Shown: in pieces, positions 37,928 through 47,911 of the stretch
Layout: every line of letters starts with the position of its first letter
How positions within the stretch are numbered: the first letter of the stretch is position 1
Virus record (IMG/VR): IMGVR_UViG_3300032270_000884
Source: an uncultured virus (IMG/VR IMGVR_UViG_3300032270_000884)
Taxonomy: Duplodnaviria; Heunggongvirae; Uroviricota; Caudoviricetes
Length of the DNA stretch: 64,000 nucleotides
Direction: 5' to 3' (one strand)
Program-made: the position numbers and the translations under genes
Notes under the pieces: generated by a model
Told to the model about the DNA's origin: nothing
What the model saw: the letters and a program-made list of their open reading frames with translations, nothing else
The model's database searches: none

Positions 37928-38467
37928 ATGCCTAATCTTCATCAGAACGTTCAGAATCTGGGCGCTGGTGGCATGTACGGAACTAACACCACGTATGGTG
38001 GAGGTGGCGTACCTGTTGCTCGCTCAGAGCTCGACACTTCACGTATGGGCGTTGGGCGTCAACCGTCCGCAGAATATCCAGATGGATACTTAGGAACAAT
38101 TCGTTCACGTCGTGATGACCGCGGACGTTCGAGTTCAACATCAGATACCGTTCTTGACAGCATGAAAAATCGTGTTGGTCAACGTTCTTATCAACGCGGT
38201 GTTCACCGTGGTGAGCGAATTGATCCAAGCGACTACTATTACCCAGAAGGTTTTGAACCTGACCGCGGTATTAAACGACAGATGCGTGGCGTACAAGTTG
38301 GCAATACTATTCAAACAAAAAAGAATTCAGATCAAGTAACGATGGTTCCAGCACCTCATCTTCCTAACGATGGAAAAGCGGGCCCAACGGTTAAAAGCGA
38401 TTCACCAGGAACCATTAACAAACGACGTGCAGACCAATGGTCACGTATGAAACCGGCTTGGAGATAA
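37928..38467 (+). CDS. basic hypothetical protein
   Basis: leaderless TACAAT promoter; YPDGYLG motif. Confidence 0.7.
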   Translation: MPNLHQNVQNLGAGGMYGTNTTYGGGGVPVARSELDTSRMGVGRQPSAEYPDGYLGTIRSRRDDRGRSSSTSDTVLDSMKNRVGQRSYQRGVHRGERIDPSDYYYPEGFEPDRGIKRQMRGVQVGNTIQTKKNSDQVTMVPAPHLPNDGKAGPTVKSDSPGTINKRRADQWSRMKPAWR

Positions 38468-38468
38468 A

Positions 38469-38672
38469 ATGAGCGCACCAGACAAGTCTGGCGATCCTAA
38501 ACGCCGTTATGTTCCCCCTAAAGAAGGGGATTGGTACACTACACATAGTTCTGGGGTTAGCGGAAGAATTCAAGAAATTGTTCCAAATAAAACAGGAACA
38601 AGTAGAGTTAGATTACGTATGAACGATGGAAATGAACGCTGGACTACTCACATCCCTGACGGAGGTAACTGA
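38469..38672 (+). CDS. small SH3-like beta protein (paralog of 54031-54213)
   Basis: GD.YTT..SGVSG.I.EIVPN.TG..R.......RWTT. Confidence 0.7.
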   Translation: MSAPDKSGDPKRRYVPPKEGDWYTTHSSGVSGRIQEIVPNKTGTSRVRLRMNDGNERWTTHIPDGGN

Positions 38673-39007
38673 TGACCGGCAGGATTGCTGACGGCGTATA
38701 CAGCCGTAAACCTTGGGGAGATGAAGCACCCCCAGCCGATTACATTGGCCCTTTTGGTAGTAACCGAGAGCGCTTAATTATGCAGGCTGCCGCTTCTATA
38801 ACCATGCCCGCTGAAGAACTTCAGCTATATGTTCGCCCAAATCTTCCACAGATTGAGATGTTTCCAGATAAGTATGGTTACACCAAGGAAGAATACGCAA
38901 TTGAGGATATTATTGAGCTAAGCAGTAGAACCGCTACCAGAAAAGATTTTTCTGGAGAAGCAACTACTACAGAGTCCACCAGTCGAAACACGTTAGGTCA
39001 GGTGTAA
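38672..39007 (+). CDS. hypothetical protein
   Basis: 111 aa, coupled. Confidence 0.65.
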   Translation: MTGRIADGVYSRKPWGDEAPPADYIGPFGSNRERLIMQAAASITMPAEELQLYVRPNLPQIEMFPDKYGYTKEEYAIEDIIELSSRTATRKDFSGEATTTESTSRNTLGQV

Positions 39008-39008
39008 T

Positions 39009-39242
39009 ATGGCTAAAGATCCAGGTCTGTTAACCGACTCAACCGGTGAAGGAATGGTTGGGGCTTATGACGTAAGTCTAGAGACTCAACAGGATTTAAA
39101 GAAAACTTATTACAATGGTAGTAAGCCTTGTATTGAATGTGGGCTTGCTATGAATCCAGTAGAAGTACTACATTCAAACGGTTCGTGCCCAAATTGCACT
39201 CGCCGTAAAAAGGCAAAACTAGTGAAAGGACGGATGGCATGA
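39009..39242 (+). CDS. zinc-ribbon protein
   Basis: CIECG...CPNC. Confidence 0.65.
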   Translation: MAKDPGLLTDSTGEGMVGAYDVSLETQQDLKKTYYNGSKPCIECGLAMNPVEVLHSNGSCPNCTRRKKAKLVKGRMA

Positions 39243-39445
39243 CCGTTCGTAAAGCACGTTCAGAGAACGCATCCCTTATTGAGGGAGCAACAGACGGTAA
39301 GTACCGCAAGCGCCGTCCAAACACCGAAGTAGCAGCAGGTATGGGCGATCAAACTGTCGTACAGAACCGCGCTGGACTTCACCCATATATGAATTATGGT
39401 TTCATTAACTCAGAAGAGTCAAACAAAGTTAACCCACTGGGCTAA
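39239..39445 (+). CDS. hypothetical protein
   Basis: 68 aa, ATGA overlap. Confidence 0.65.
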   Translation: MTVRKARSENASLIEGATDGKYRKRRPNTEVAAGMGDQTVVQNRAGLHPYMNYGFINSEESNKVNPLG

Positions 39446-39447
39446 TC

Positions 39448-39678
39448 ATGAAACCATCTTCAAGCCAATTTAACTCAAATAAAGAAACTTTAGCTTCTTT
39501 GGGAAGAGCCGTTTCTTCGGCAAAAAAAACCAATGAAACCGCAAAGAGTGATCCATGGGTAAATACTGGCAAAGATGCAGGAAACGATTATCGTGAGCCA
39601 ATGAGTAGTGTAAAAGTTGTTTCTAAAAAGAAGCCTGAACTAAAGATTAATATTAAGTCTGAATATGGAGACAAGTAA
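39448..39678 (+). CDS. basic protein with MxPxxxQF N-terminus
   Basis: MKPSSSQFN. Confidence 0.65.
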   Translation: MKPSSSQFNSNKETLASLGRAVSSAKKTNETAKSDPWVNTGKDAGNDYREPMSSVKVVSKKKPELKINIKSEYGDK

Positions 39679-39679
39679 C

Positions 39680-40024
39680 ATGGAACCTAGCACATCGCAG
39701 TTTCCTAAAAGTTTAAGCGGGTTCAAGGCTCGTTACAATGAGCTTCCTTCAACAACTCAAGCTTTTTCAGATGCTGCTTTGGCGGGCCATAAGAAAACTA
39801 AAGTTTCACCAAGCGTTACTGTAATTGAACCCCGTGGTGGCGTAATTTCTGCCATGCCACAAGAAGCGTACAACCAAGCCAGCACCGATTTGATAAATAT
39901 GCGTAAGTCAGGCGAAGCTGCTAAGTACGATGCTGACATTCGTAAGTTTAAAGATGACACCAGTTGGAGCACGTTAAAACCTAAGAAAAAAACTATTAAA
40001 ATTGACAGCGGAAAGGCTAAATAA
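39680..40024 (+). CDS. basic protein with MxPxxxQF N-terminus
   Basis: start at ATG 39680 behind GGAG; MEPSTSQFP. Confidence 0.65.
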   Translation: MEPSTSQFPKSLSGFKARYNELPSTTQAFSDAALAGHKKTKVSPSVTVIEPRGGVISAMPQEAYNQASTDLINMRKSGEAAKYDADIRKFKDDTSWSTLKPKKKTIKIDSGKAK

Positions 40025-40452
40025 TGTCAGATCAAAGAGATTCAGCGGACGTAACGGCTGATAAAGATATTGCAACTCGTGCCAAGTACGCAGATCGTGA
40101 CCGTGGCATTCAAAATGAGATTGACTCAACCCACGCCTTGCCAGGCGGACGTAATAACCCAGTTCATACAACAGTTCCTGGTATGGACGCAGAAGACGGT
40201 CAGCATAGAGCAATGGCTCAGCACTCAGCAGACTTTATTTCAGCTCAAGTAAGCGGTAACCGAGCAAAGATGGAAACAGCCCGTACAGGATTCCATGCAG
40301 TTCGTGCCGCATCACGTGGTGTTCCTAAAGGGCTTGAAGCCCCTTGCGAAGGTTCAGGCTGTGTACAAATGGCCGCCCCTACAAAGACCAGTTGTGGTCG
40401 TGCAGACTGCGGTAAGTCCCTAGACAAGAATGTGAGCCGCCCTCGCGGGTAG
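40024..40452 (+). CDS. hypothetical protein with C-terminal Cys cluster
   Basis: CEGSGC...CGRADC. Confidence 0.65.
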   Translation: MSDQRDSADVTADKDIATRAKYADRDRGIQNEIDSTHALPGGRNNPVHTTVPGMDAEDGQHRAMAQHSADFISAQVSGNRAKMETARTGFHAVRAASRGVPKGLEAPCEGSGCVQMAAPTKTSCGRADCGKSLDKNVSRPRG

Positions 40453-40467
40453 TGTAGTATTCGGGTC

Positions 40468-41010
40468 ATGGTATTTGACCTATCGACCCTAGCAAATAAA
40501 AAGGATGAACATCGCATCCTTGTTTTGGCATGTAAAGAATGCTTAACAATGGAAGAAGTCCCAGTTGACGAGCGATATCCAATTAAAAATCAACAAGATA
40601 ACCCTTATCTTGCGCTTGCTTTAGAAAAGCATCAACGCCCACAGCCACACTTGGGCGTTCTATTTGACGTTGACTTTGCTGTATGGAATAGCGACACTGG
40701 TCGTAAGCAAATCCACTCACAAGTACTAGATGGTCTTGGTGGTGGAGGTCTTGGTCAAGAGATTTACGCTGCCAAAGACAATTACTCAGCAGACGCTATG
40801 AAGTGTTTCCAAGTTCATTTGCGCCCAGAAGGTCAGTGCCCTGATTATAAATCAGGAGCAAAACTTATTAAAATTGACGTTATGAAACGTGAACGCCGTG
40901 ATGCTGGTTTGTCTGATGAAAAACTTCCATCGTTTTATCTTTGTGATTTTTGCCCCGTTAAAAGCTTTAACATGATGAAAAGTAACAAAGAAAGAGGACT
41001 ATACAAATGA
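40468..41010 (+). CDS. Cys-containing hypothetical protein
   Basis: CKEC, C..H....CPDY, YLCDFCPV; leaderless TAGTAT promoter. Confidence 0.7.
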   Translation: MVFDLSTLANKKDEHRILVLACKECLTMEEVPVDERYPIKNQQDNPYLALALEKHQRPQPHLGVLFDVDFAVWNSDTGRKQIHSQVLDGLGGGGLGQEIYAAKDNYSADAMKCFQVHLRPEGQCPDYKSGAKLIKIDVMKRERRDAGLSDEKLPSFYLCDFCPVKSFNMMKSNKERGLYK

Positions 41011-41327
41011 CCGACGAAAATATTGAAGACGCACAAATTATTAACGAGGTAGCAGAACAACAGCCAGAGGCTGAAACTGCTTTTATTATGATTAAACAGT
41101 TTGACGGTCGATGGCGTGCAAGTACAGACCTTTCAACTACCTTCCTTATTGAAAGAAATGCTGGGAGAGCTGATATTAAAACCGGAACACGCGATATTTA
41201 CAACTTTTTAACCGATGATGACCTGTCTAGCCTAATTGCTTCAAAAATAGTTGCTTCAAATAAGACAGATACCGAGCGGGCAACGCAAGGTGTGCGGCAG
41301 GCTTTATCCGATAGAGACATCCTGTAA
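41007..41327 (+). CDS. hypothetical protein
   Basis: 106 aa, GAGGA RBS. Confidence 0.65.
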   Translation: MTDENIEDAQIINEVAEQQPEAETAFIMIKQFDGRWRASTDLSTTFLIERNAGRADIKTGTRDIYNFLTDDDLSSLIASKIVASNKTDTERATQGVRQALSDRDIL

Positions 41328-41344
41328 CGACAGAGGGGACGTGA

Positions 41345-41911
41345 ATGACAACTCTTGTTGCCGTTCAAGGAGATGGTTGGTCCGTAATAGGTTGCGATAG
41401 TCGCGCATCCGATGAGGATGGCCGTTTCATGGAACTTGCCACCTCAAAAATTATTGACAACAACGGTGTTCTTATTGCAGTTTCTGGAGCTTCCCGTGGT
41501 GGAAACATTACGCAATTTGGTTGGAAACCCCCAAAACCTCGTGGAGCAGAAGACTTAGATGTTTTTATGACCAAGAAATTCATCCCATCAATGCGTACAG
41601 CTTTCATCAAAGCTGGCTACGATGCTAAAGATGATGGTGATGCAGCGTTTCAAGATTCAAATTTGCTTGTATCAATTCGTGGAGTTGTTTACCCAATTTT
41701 TAACGATTACTCATGGGATCGAGAAGAACGCGGAATTTACTACGCCGGTAGCGGTGGGGATGTTGCTTTAGGGGCTCTTGAGGCTTTAGATTACAAAAAG
41801 TGTAAGACTCCAGAAGCTGTAGAAAAATTAGTACGCAAGGCTGTAGAGATTGCTTGCAAGCACGATATTTATTCTGGCGGGAAGATACACACCCATATTC
41901 AGCACGAATAG
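41345..41911 (+). CDS. Ntn-hydrolase, proteasome-beta/HslV-like protease
   Basis: N-terminal (M)TT, DSRAS, GSGG..ALGAL, A...DIYSGG. Confidence 0.85.
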   Translation: MTTLVAVQGDGWSVIGCDSRASDEDGRFMELATSKIIDNNGVLIAVSGASRGGNITQFGWKPPKPRGAEDLDVFMTKKFIPSMRTAFIKAGYDAKDDGDAAFQDSNLLVSIRGVVYPIFNDYSWDREERGIYYAGSGGDVALGALEALDYKKCKTPEAVEKLVRKAVEIACKHDIYSGGKIHTHIQHE

Positions 41912-41925
41912 CCTAGAATAAGCGT

Positions 41926-42858
41926 ATGGACTTTTACGAGGCATTGGCTGCAAAAGCAGTACCCGTAAATATTGAGCCGTCCTCAACATCATATTTTAGT
42001 AAACCTCAAGTTGGCCTTGATCCACGACTGTTCGTGAACGGGAAACTTATTTCTTCTGTACGTAACGGCGTGCTTACCGTTTTGTACAATTATTTATCAA
42101 ATCTGTACCAAACTCCGCAAGACTGGACATCAGCATGGTTGGCTGGTTCTGGCGTTTCCCATCAATGGGCGGCTAAAAGATATCCCGGTGACTTAGATTG
42201 TTTAGTAGGTATAGATTACCTAGCCTTTCGTCAAGCCAATACAAAGTACAACGGACTAAATAATCAAGAAATTGCAAGCATGCTCAATGAAGGCTTTAGA
42301 GAAAATTTATGGCCACTAACTGAGAACTTTATGGATTCTTTTGAACTTACTTTTTATGTAAATGTACAGACAGATATTAAAAAAATTAAACCATATGCAG
42401 CCTACTCACTTGTTAGTAATGACTGGGTTGTTGAACCTACTATTGAAGAAGCGCCTACAAATCCACAATGGACACTAAAGGTTGAACGGGATAAAGGCGC
42501 CGCTTCGGAAATTATTGCTCGTTACGCTACGGCGTTAAATGCAGTTAACTCATCCACCAACTCTGCTATGAGAGTTAACGCAGAGCGTGCTTTAAAATTA
42601 GCCGTGGACCAAGCAGCAGCATTGTTTGAAGATATCCACCAAGGTCGCAAATACGCATTTAGTGAATCTGGATCAGGATACTTGGACTATAACAACTATC
42701 GTTGGCAAGCTGGTAAAGAGGCTGGTATTGTCCAAGCCTTAGCAAAACTAAAAGAAATTGCGGATATGTCTGCAAGAGATTTCGGCGCTGCTACCTATGG
42801 TATAGAGTTACCTAACGTATCAACCCTCATCCGCAGGGCTGCTACGCACAAAAACTAA
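41926..42858 (+). CDS. pol-beta-type nucleotidyltransferase
   Basis: LAGSG...GDLDCLV plus downstream acidic strand FELTFYV. Confidence 0.7.
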   Translation: MDFYEALAAKAVPVNIEPSSTSYFSKPQVGLDPRLFVNGKLISSVRNGVLTVLYNYLSNLYQTPQDWTSAWLAGSGVSHQWAAKRYPGDLDCLVGIDYLAFRQANTKYNGLNNQEIASMLNEGFRENLWPLTENFMDSFELTFYVNVQTDIKKIKPYAAYSLVSNDWVVEPTIEEAPTNPQWTLKVERDKGAASEIIARYATALNAVNSSTNSAMRVNAERALKLAVDQAAALFEDIHQGRKYAFSESGSGYLDYNNYRWQAGKEAGIVQALAKLKEIADMSARDFGAATYGIELPNVSTLIRRAATHKN

Positions 42859-42883
42859 TTAGCCAGAATACGGAGCATTACTT

Positions 42884-43333
42884 GTGGCAGTTTTAATTTA
42901 CATCGACGGAGTATTGTCGAACGATAAAGGCGTAGCAATTACGCAAGGGCTGGGGCTCACGAGAACCCTTCAGCAAACACTTGCCGTTATTCTTTTGGCT
43001 AAAGATAAAGAAAAAGCAGACCACTGGCTCAAACAGAACAGCATGGGAAAGATTGACAACCTTGTTGGAGCTGTTCCCGGTGGAGATAACGACCCGTTTA
43101 GACAGGCGGAATGGTGCCGTTCTCAAGGACCAATCGATTACGTAATTACTTCCGATCCTGCGCTTTCCGCTAAATTATTAGAACACGGATTCAGGGTTCT
43201 TTTATTCCTTGATCCAATTTATATTGACCATAAGTTTCGCCCAGATAGCCTTGAGGGTAGGAAGAGCTGGAAAGACATAACCGCTGAGCTTAATAAGCAG
43301 GCTGATATGTATTTGGAAGACCCACGTAAGTGA
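42884..43333 (+). CDS. HAD-like protein (degenerate motif I)
   Basis: VLIYIDGVL. Confidence 0.55.
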   Translation: MAVLIYIDGVLSNDKGVAITQGLGLTRTLQQTLAVILLAKDKEKADHWLKQNSMGKIDNLVGAVPGGDNDPFRQAEWCRSQGPIDYVITSDPALSAKLLEHGFRVLLFLDPIYIDHKFRPDSLEGRKSWKDITAELNKQADMYLEDPRK

Positions 43334-44790
43334 AGATTATTTACCTTGGGGCAGAGGTCCCCAGCAACCGCATTCTTTTAGGCTCGGCTGGAGCCCGCTC
43401 AGTAGGCGTCAGTTACTGGCGACTAATGAAACGCGGTTTGCCCAAAACTAAAATTTATTTATTAGAAAGCTACTTTCCAGAAGACATGGAGATTCTGGTT
43501 CATCCCGGTATTCCTAGAACTCAGGAGATTAGCCGTACCGAACTTGAAGAGTTTGCTGCTGACTATGAGGAATTCATTGTTAACAACGTTGATCGACTTA
43601 CTCAATTCACAGAGATTAACCACTTTCAGGTAAGCCCTGACTTTGTTAGGAATCAGCGGGAAACCGTATGGGCAGAGATGCCACCAGCCAAGTTCCTGCC
43701 TGTATGGAACCCTCAAACAGGTCAGAAAGGTCTTGAGGAACTGACCGCCAAGTACTTAGACGTAGCCCTTCCCGGCGAGTCGCTAGAGGACCACACATGG
43801 CTTTCAGGAGCCACACAAAGGCTCGTAAGGACAGAAGGAAGCCGCTTCCACGCTCTTGGCACGGCTCGACCAGATAACCTGCGTCAGGTGCCCGTAGAGA
43901 GCGCTGCCACACTTTCATGGTTATCACCCATGACCCGTGGTGAAACTATTATTTGGGACGGTACCAGATTGGTACGATACCCAAAGAGCATGAAAGAACA
44001 GGCTCGTCCACGCCACAAGGCTGTGTACGAAAAGGCAGGGGTTGAGTTCGACAAAATTGTCGGAGATGATTCCGAAGAGCTTTGTAAATTAGCAGTCTGG
44101 TCATTTGATCAGTTAGAGATGAGGTTAACCAAAGTGGGCAACATATCCGATATGTTCGAGGATCCAGCAGGTGATGATTATGCGGAAAACGTCCCAGTAG
44201 TATCGGATAGGTCGGGGGTTGAGATGCGGAAAGTTCAACCACGCAATCCTGATGAAATGGGCAATTTACCTGTCTTTGGATTTGAAATAAAGACCATTGT
44301 TGAACGTGATGAATCAGGGAATGACGTACTAAAAGATGTCCCAGTAGTTCAGTCACATGACACAAGTTTAAGACAGTGCGATACATGCTTTATTGCCTCA
44401 AACTGTCCTGCTTTTAAACCTCAAAACACTTGTGCGTTTAAGCTTCCAATTGAAGTAAAGACTAAAGACCAACTTAAGAGTTTGATTAACGCAATCATTG
44501 AAATGCAGGGCCAAAGAGTGGCTTTTATGCGATTTGCGGAAGAAATGAATGGCGGATACGCTGACCCAAATGTTAGCCAAGAGATTGATCGGTTGTTTAA
44601 ATTGATTAAGACAACCAAGGAATTGGATGACTCAAGAGAGTTCATTAGGATGACCGTAGAGCGCCAAGGAAACGCTGGAGTTTTGTCCCAAATCTTTGGT
44701 GAGAAAGCTCAAATCCTTAAAGAAATACCTAACGGTGGGATCAGCGAAAGTGACACAACTAAGATAATTCAGCAGGCAATAGAAGAATAA
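43330..44790 (+). CDS. TGT/queuine-tRNA-ribosyltransferase-like barrel with C-terminal Cys4 domain
   Basis: IIYLG start, FLPVW, VAL, RFHALG, V.SA.T.SW...RG segments; CDTC....CP......C. Confidence 0.5.
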   Translation: MKIIYLGAEVPSNRILLGSAGARSVGVSYWRLMKRGLPKTKIYLLESYFPEDMEILVHPGIPRTQEISRTELEEFAADYEEFIVNNVDRLTQFTEINHFQVSPDFVRNQRETVWAEMPPAKFLPVWNPQTGQKGLEELTAKYLDVALPGESLEDHTWLSGATQRLVRTEGSRFHALGTARPDNLRQVPVESAATLSWLSPMTRGETIIWDGTRLVRYPKSMKEQARPRHKAVYEKAGVEFDKIVGDDSEELCKLAVWSFDQLEMRLTKVGNISDMFEDPAGDDYAENVPVVSDRSGVEMRKVQPRNPDEMGNLPVFGFEIKTIVERDESGNDVLKDVPVVQSHDTSLRQCDTCFIASNCPAFKPQNTCAFKLPIEVKTKDQLKSLINAIIEMQGQRVAFMRFAEEMNGGYADPNVSQEIDRLFKLIKTTKELDDSREFIRMTVERQGNAGVLSQIFGEKAQILKEIPNGGISESDTTKIIQQAIEE

Positions 44791-44929
44791 ACATATCGGA
44801 TATGTTCGTGTTTTAAACCATGAATCTATACCACCGCTAGATAAGCATAAAAGTTGCCCCAGCACTTCATGAAGTGTAGGGTCCGCTTCAGTAAAATTAC
44901 TGTTCCATTAGACGAGAAGAGGATAAAGA

Positions 44930-46969
44930 ATGAATTTGAGTTTCCGCCTAGCAGACGAATTTGTAGCTGGATACAAGGGCAAGAAGGTTCCTTGGGGTTA
45001 TAAAGATGCAGCAGGAAACTCGGTAGGAGAAATTACTTTCCTTAGAACTTATTCTCGCCTTAAAGAAGATGGAACCAAGGAGACTTGGGTAGATGTATGT
45101 GAGCGAGTCATCAATGGCATGTACTCATTGCAAAAAGATCATTGCAAAACTAATCGACTACCGTGGAATGACTCACGAGCTCAGGCATCAGCAAAAGAAG
45201 CCTTTGACCGTTTATTCCATTTGAAGTGGTCACCACCGGGGCGTGGGTTATGGGTAATGGGCACCCCAATCGTTAATGAACAAAAGAACTCAGCCGCCCT
45301 ACAAAATTGTGCGTTCGTTAGCACATCTTCAATGACGAAGAACGATCCAGCAAAACCATTCGCATTCCTTATGGAAGCCTCAATGCTTGGAGTAGGCGTT
45401 GGCTTTGACGATAAGGGAGCAGACAAGGAATTCACAATCTATGAACCAAGAGAACCAGAAGTCATCACAGTCATCCCAGACACCAGAGAAGGATGGGTTG
45501 ATTCCGTCGCAGTTGTCATCAATTCTTACCTCCGACCAGATCAGAAGATTGCAGGCTTCGATTACAGCGAAATTCGCCCAGCAGGCACACCAATCAAAAC
45601 TTTCGGAGGAACAGCAGCAGGACACGAACCGCTCTTAAAGCTTCACAACCATATCCATAAATTGTTTAAAGGTCGTGCAGGTCAGACATTAACTCGTCGT
45701 GACATCGCAGATGTTGGAAACATGATTGGCGTATGCGTTGTATCAGGAAACGTTCGTCGTTCAGCCGAACTACTTATCGGACGTTTGGATGACCCAGACT
45801 TCCTTAATCTAAAGAACGCTAAGGTATTTCCAGAGCGCAATTCATACGATCCTGCCAGCCCTGGTTGGGCATGGATGTCAAACAACTCAATTGAAGCAAC
45901 AGTAGGTGCTGACCTATCGAGCATTGTTGACGGTATTGCTAGCAATGGTGAGCCCGGTGTTGTATGGATGGACATGAGCCGTAAGTATGGGCGTTTGATT
46001 GATCCCGCTAACGATAAAGACTGGCGTGTAGCTGGGTATAACCCATGTGCAGAGCAATCACTAGAGTCATTTGAGATGTGTACATTGGTAGAAACATACC
46101 TAAACCGTCACGACAACTTAGAGGATTACAAGCGAACACTTAAGTTTGCTTACCTATACGCAAAGACCGTAACACTGCTCCCAACTCACTGGGAAGAGAC
46201 TAACGCCATTATGCAACGTAACCGTCGCATTGGTACATCAATGTCAGGCGTTGCTAACTTTGCAGACATCAACGGTCTACCAGTCCTACGTAATTGGATG
46301 GACGAAGGCTATGCAGTCATTAAGAAGTACGACACTACTTACTCAGAGTGGCTTGGTATTCGTGAGTCAATTAAAACCACAACAGTAAAGCCATCAGGAA
46401 CAGTTTCAATTCTAGCTGGTGAGAGCCCTGGAGTTCACTGGACACCGGGCGGGGAATACTTTGATCGCGCTATCCGCTTTAGTAATGATGACCCGATGTT
46501 ACCCTTATTTAGAATGGCTAACTATCGAGTGGAGAAAGCAAGTGAGTCACCAAAGACTACGTCGGTTGTATTTTTCCCTATTAAATCCGTTGCTAAACGA
46601 TCTGAAAAAGATGTATCAATCTATGAGAAAGTATCGTTAGCCGCTACAGCTCAACGACATTGGTCAGACAACTCAGTATCTGTGACCGTATCATTTAACG
46701 CAGAGACTGAAAGGGATGATGTAGGAACAGTCCTACACATGTTTGACGGACAACTCAAAACCGTTTCCTTTCTACCTATGGGGAACGAGACTTATCCGCA
46801 GATGCCTTACACTCAAATTACAGAAAAAAAGTATGAAGACGCAACTTTGAAACTGATGCCAATTGACTTTAGCGGAGTGTATGCAGGTATGGCAGCAGAT
46901 GCTATTGGTGAAATGTATTGCACAACCGATGCTTGTGAAGTAAAACTGATTAAAGATAATCAACAGTAA
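44930..46969 (+). CDS. nrdJ: class II (B12-dependent) ribonucleotide reductase, monomeric type
   Basis: RTYSR, PPGRGLW, NCAF, GNVRRSA, NPCAEQ.L...C.LVE, TTVKPSGT, C-terminal C....C; no beta-subunit gene nearby. Confidence 0.93.
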   Translation: MNLSFRLADEFVAGYKGKKVPWGYKDAAGNSVGEITFLRTYSRLKEDGTKETWVDVCERVINGMYSLQKDHCKTNRLPWNDSRAQASAKEAFDRLFHLKWSPPGRGLWVMGTPIVNEQKNSAALQNCAFVSTSSMTKNDPAKPFAFLMEASMLGVGVGFDDKGADKEFTIYEPREPEVITVIPDTREGWVDSVAVVINSYLRPDQKIAGFDYSEIRPAGTPIKTFGGTAAGHEPLLKLHNHIHKLFKGRAGQTLTRRDIADVGNMIGVCVVSGNVRRSAELLIGRLDDPDFLNLKNAKVFPERNSYDPASPGWAWMSNNSIEATVGADLSSIVDGIASNGEPGVVWMDMSRKYGRLIDPANDKDWRVAGYNPCAEQSLESFEMCTLVETYLNRHDNLEDYKRTLKFAYLYAKTVTLLPTHWEETNAIMQRNRRIGTSMSGVANFADINGLPVLRNWMDEGYAVIKKYDTTYSEWLGIRESIKTTTVKPSGTVSILAGESPGVHWTPGGEYFDRAIRFSNDDPMLPLFRMANYRVEKASESPKTTSVVFFPIKSVAKRSEKDVSIYEKVSLAATAQRHWSDNSVSVTVSFNAETERDDVGTVLHMFDGQLKTVSFLPMGNETYPQMPYTQITEKKYEDATLKLMPIDFSGVYAGMAADAIGEMYCTTDACEVKLIKDNQQ

Positions 46970-46983
46970 TTAGACATAGAAAT

Positions 46984-47029
46984 ACCCCCAGCCTTAGCAA
47001 CTCACAATTTGCTTTAAAGGCTGGGGGTA
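46984..47029. terminator. bidirectional terminator between converging blocks
   Basis: ACCCCCAGCCTT...AAGGCTGGGGGT inverted repeat flanked by A/T runs. Confidence 0.8.
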
Positions 47030-47036
47030 ATTTTAT

Positions 47037-47336
47037 TTATAGACCTGCGTCGACCTTGTAAGTTAATTCGCCATCAAGAGTAAGAGGCTTGCCAGTGTCT
47101 AGGTTCCCACTTGTTACAACCATCTTTATTGATTTGCGTGGTGTGTTATCCAATACAACTGACTTAAGATAACGTTTAGCAGCCGATGGGTTAGCCCAAG
47201 CTGTGCATGTGTTTAGATCATAAATCTGATGACCTTCAGTTTGAATTGTGATTTCCAACAACCAAGCCCCGCCCCTATCAAAGATGGTGTTCTTTGCTAG
47301 GTGAGCCTTGAGCGTTTGTGTAATTTTTTTAGCCAT
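47037..47336 (-). CDS. hypothetical protein
   Basis: 99 aa, GGAGG RBS. Confidence 0.7.
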   Translation of the reverse strand: MAKKITQTLKAHLAKNTIFDRGGAWLLEITIQTEGHQIYDLNTCTAWANPSAAKRYLKSVVLDNTPRKSIKMVVTSGNLDTGKPLTLDGELTYKVDAGL

Positions 47337-47742
47337 TTACTTCCTCCAATTGGTTTGCGAGAACATGGTACACCCCAAAGTCCATAGCCTCAACTTGCGC
47401 TATTAACTTGTGGTGTCCTTCGTACGCTTGTTCAATCGTACCGTAACGTTGAGACTTTACGATTTCACTATCTTCATTCCATACATAAGAGACAAAGACA
47501 CGAGGCCTAAAGTTAGGCTTCCACTTTGTAAGACTGAATTGATTCTTAACCATCCAATCATATTCAGGCATATCAACACCAGTCCATTTAGTGTAAATAC
47601 GTAATCCATTAACAGTAGTTTCCTTTTTGAAAGCATACTTGCTACTAGATTCAATGCACCATTGCTTCATGGTTATAGCTTTTCCATTCCTGTCCCAAAA
47701 CAGAAAATCATATGGGTTAGTCTTCATAATGCTCCTCCTCAA
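47329..47742 (-). CDS. hypothetical protein
   Basis: RY.T..QA..GH motif; real start probably 47727. Confidence 0.65.
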   Translation of the reverse strand: MRRSIMKTNPYDFLFWDRNGKAITMKQWCIESSSKYAFKKETTVNGLRIYTKWTGVDMPEYDWMVKNQFSLTKWKPNFRPRVFVSYVWNEDSEIVKSQRYGTIEQAYEGHHKLIAQVEAMDFGVYHVLANQLEEVNG

Positions 47743-47911
47743 AGAAACATTTAAGTGTTCGTGGATCTCGTGGCGTTACCGTGTCACATTCAAAGCATTG
47801 TTCCCACGGAATCAGCCGGTATTTCTGATCCAGGTAGTGATCAACAGCAGGCATACCACCAGCGTTATGTAACTCAATAATCTTATTCTTAAGATTTTCC
47901 ATTAAGTCCAT
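47717..47911 (-). CDS. hypothetical protein
   Basis: start at ATG 47911 behind GGAGG; CFEC. Confidence 0.6.
   Translation of the reverse strand: MDLMENLKNKIIELHNAGGMPAVDHYLDQKYRLIPWEQCFECDTVTPRDPRTLKCFFEEEHYED

Noticed and set aside
44791..44929. Cobalamin riboswitch upstream of the class II RNR
   Set aside because: No B12-box or conserved core recognisable in the 139-nt gap
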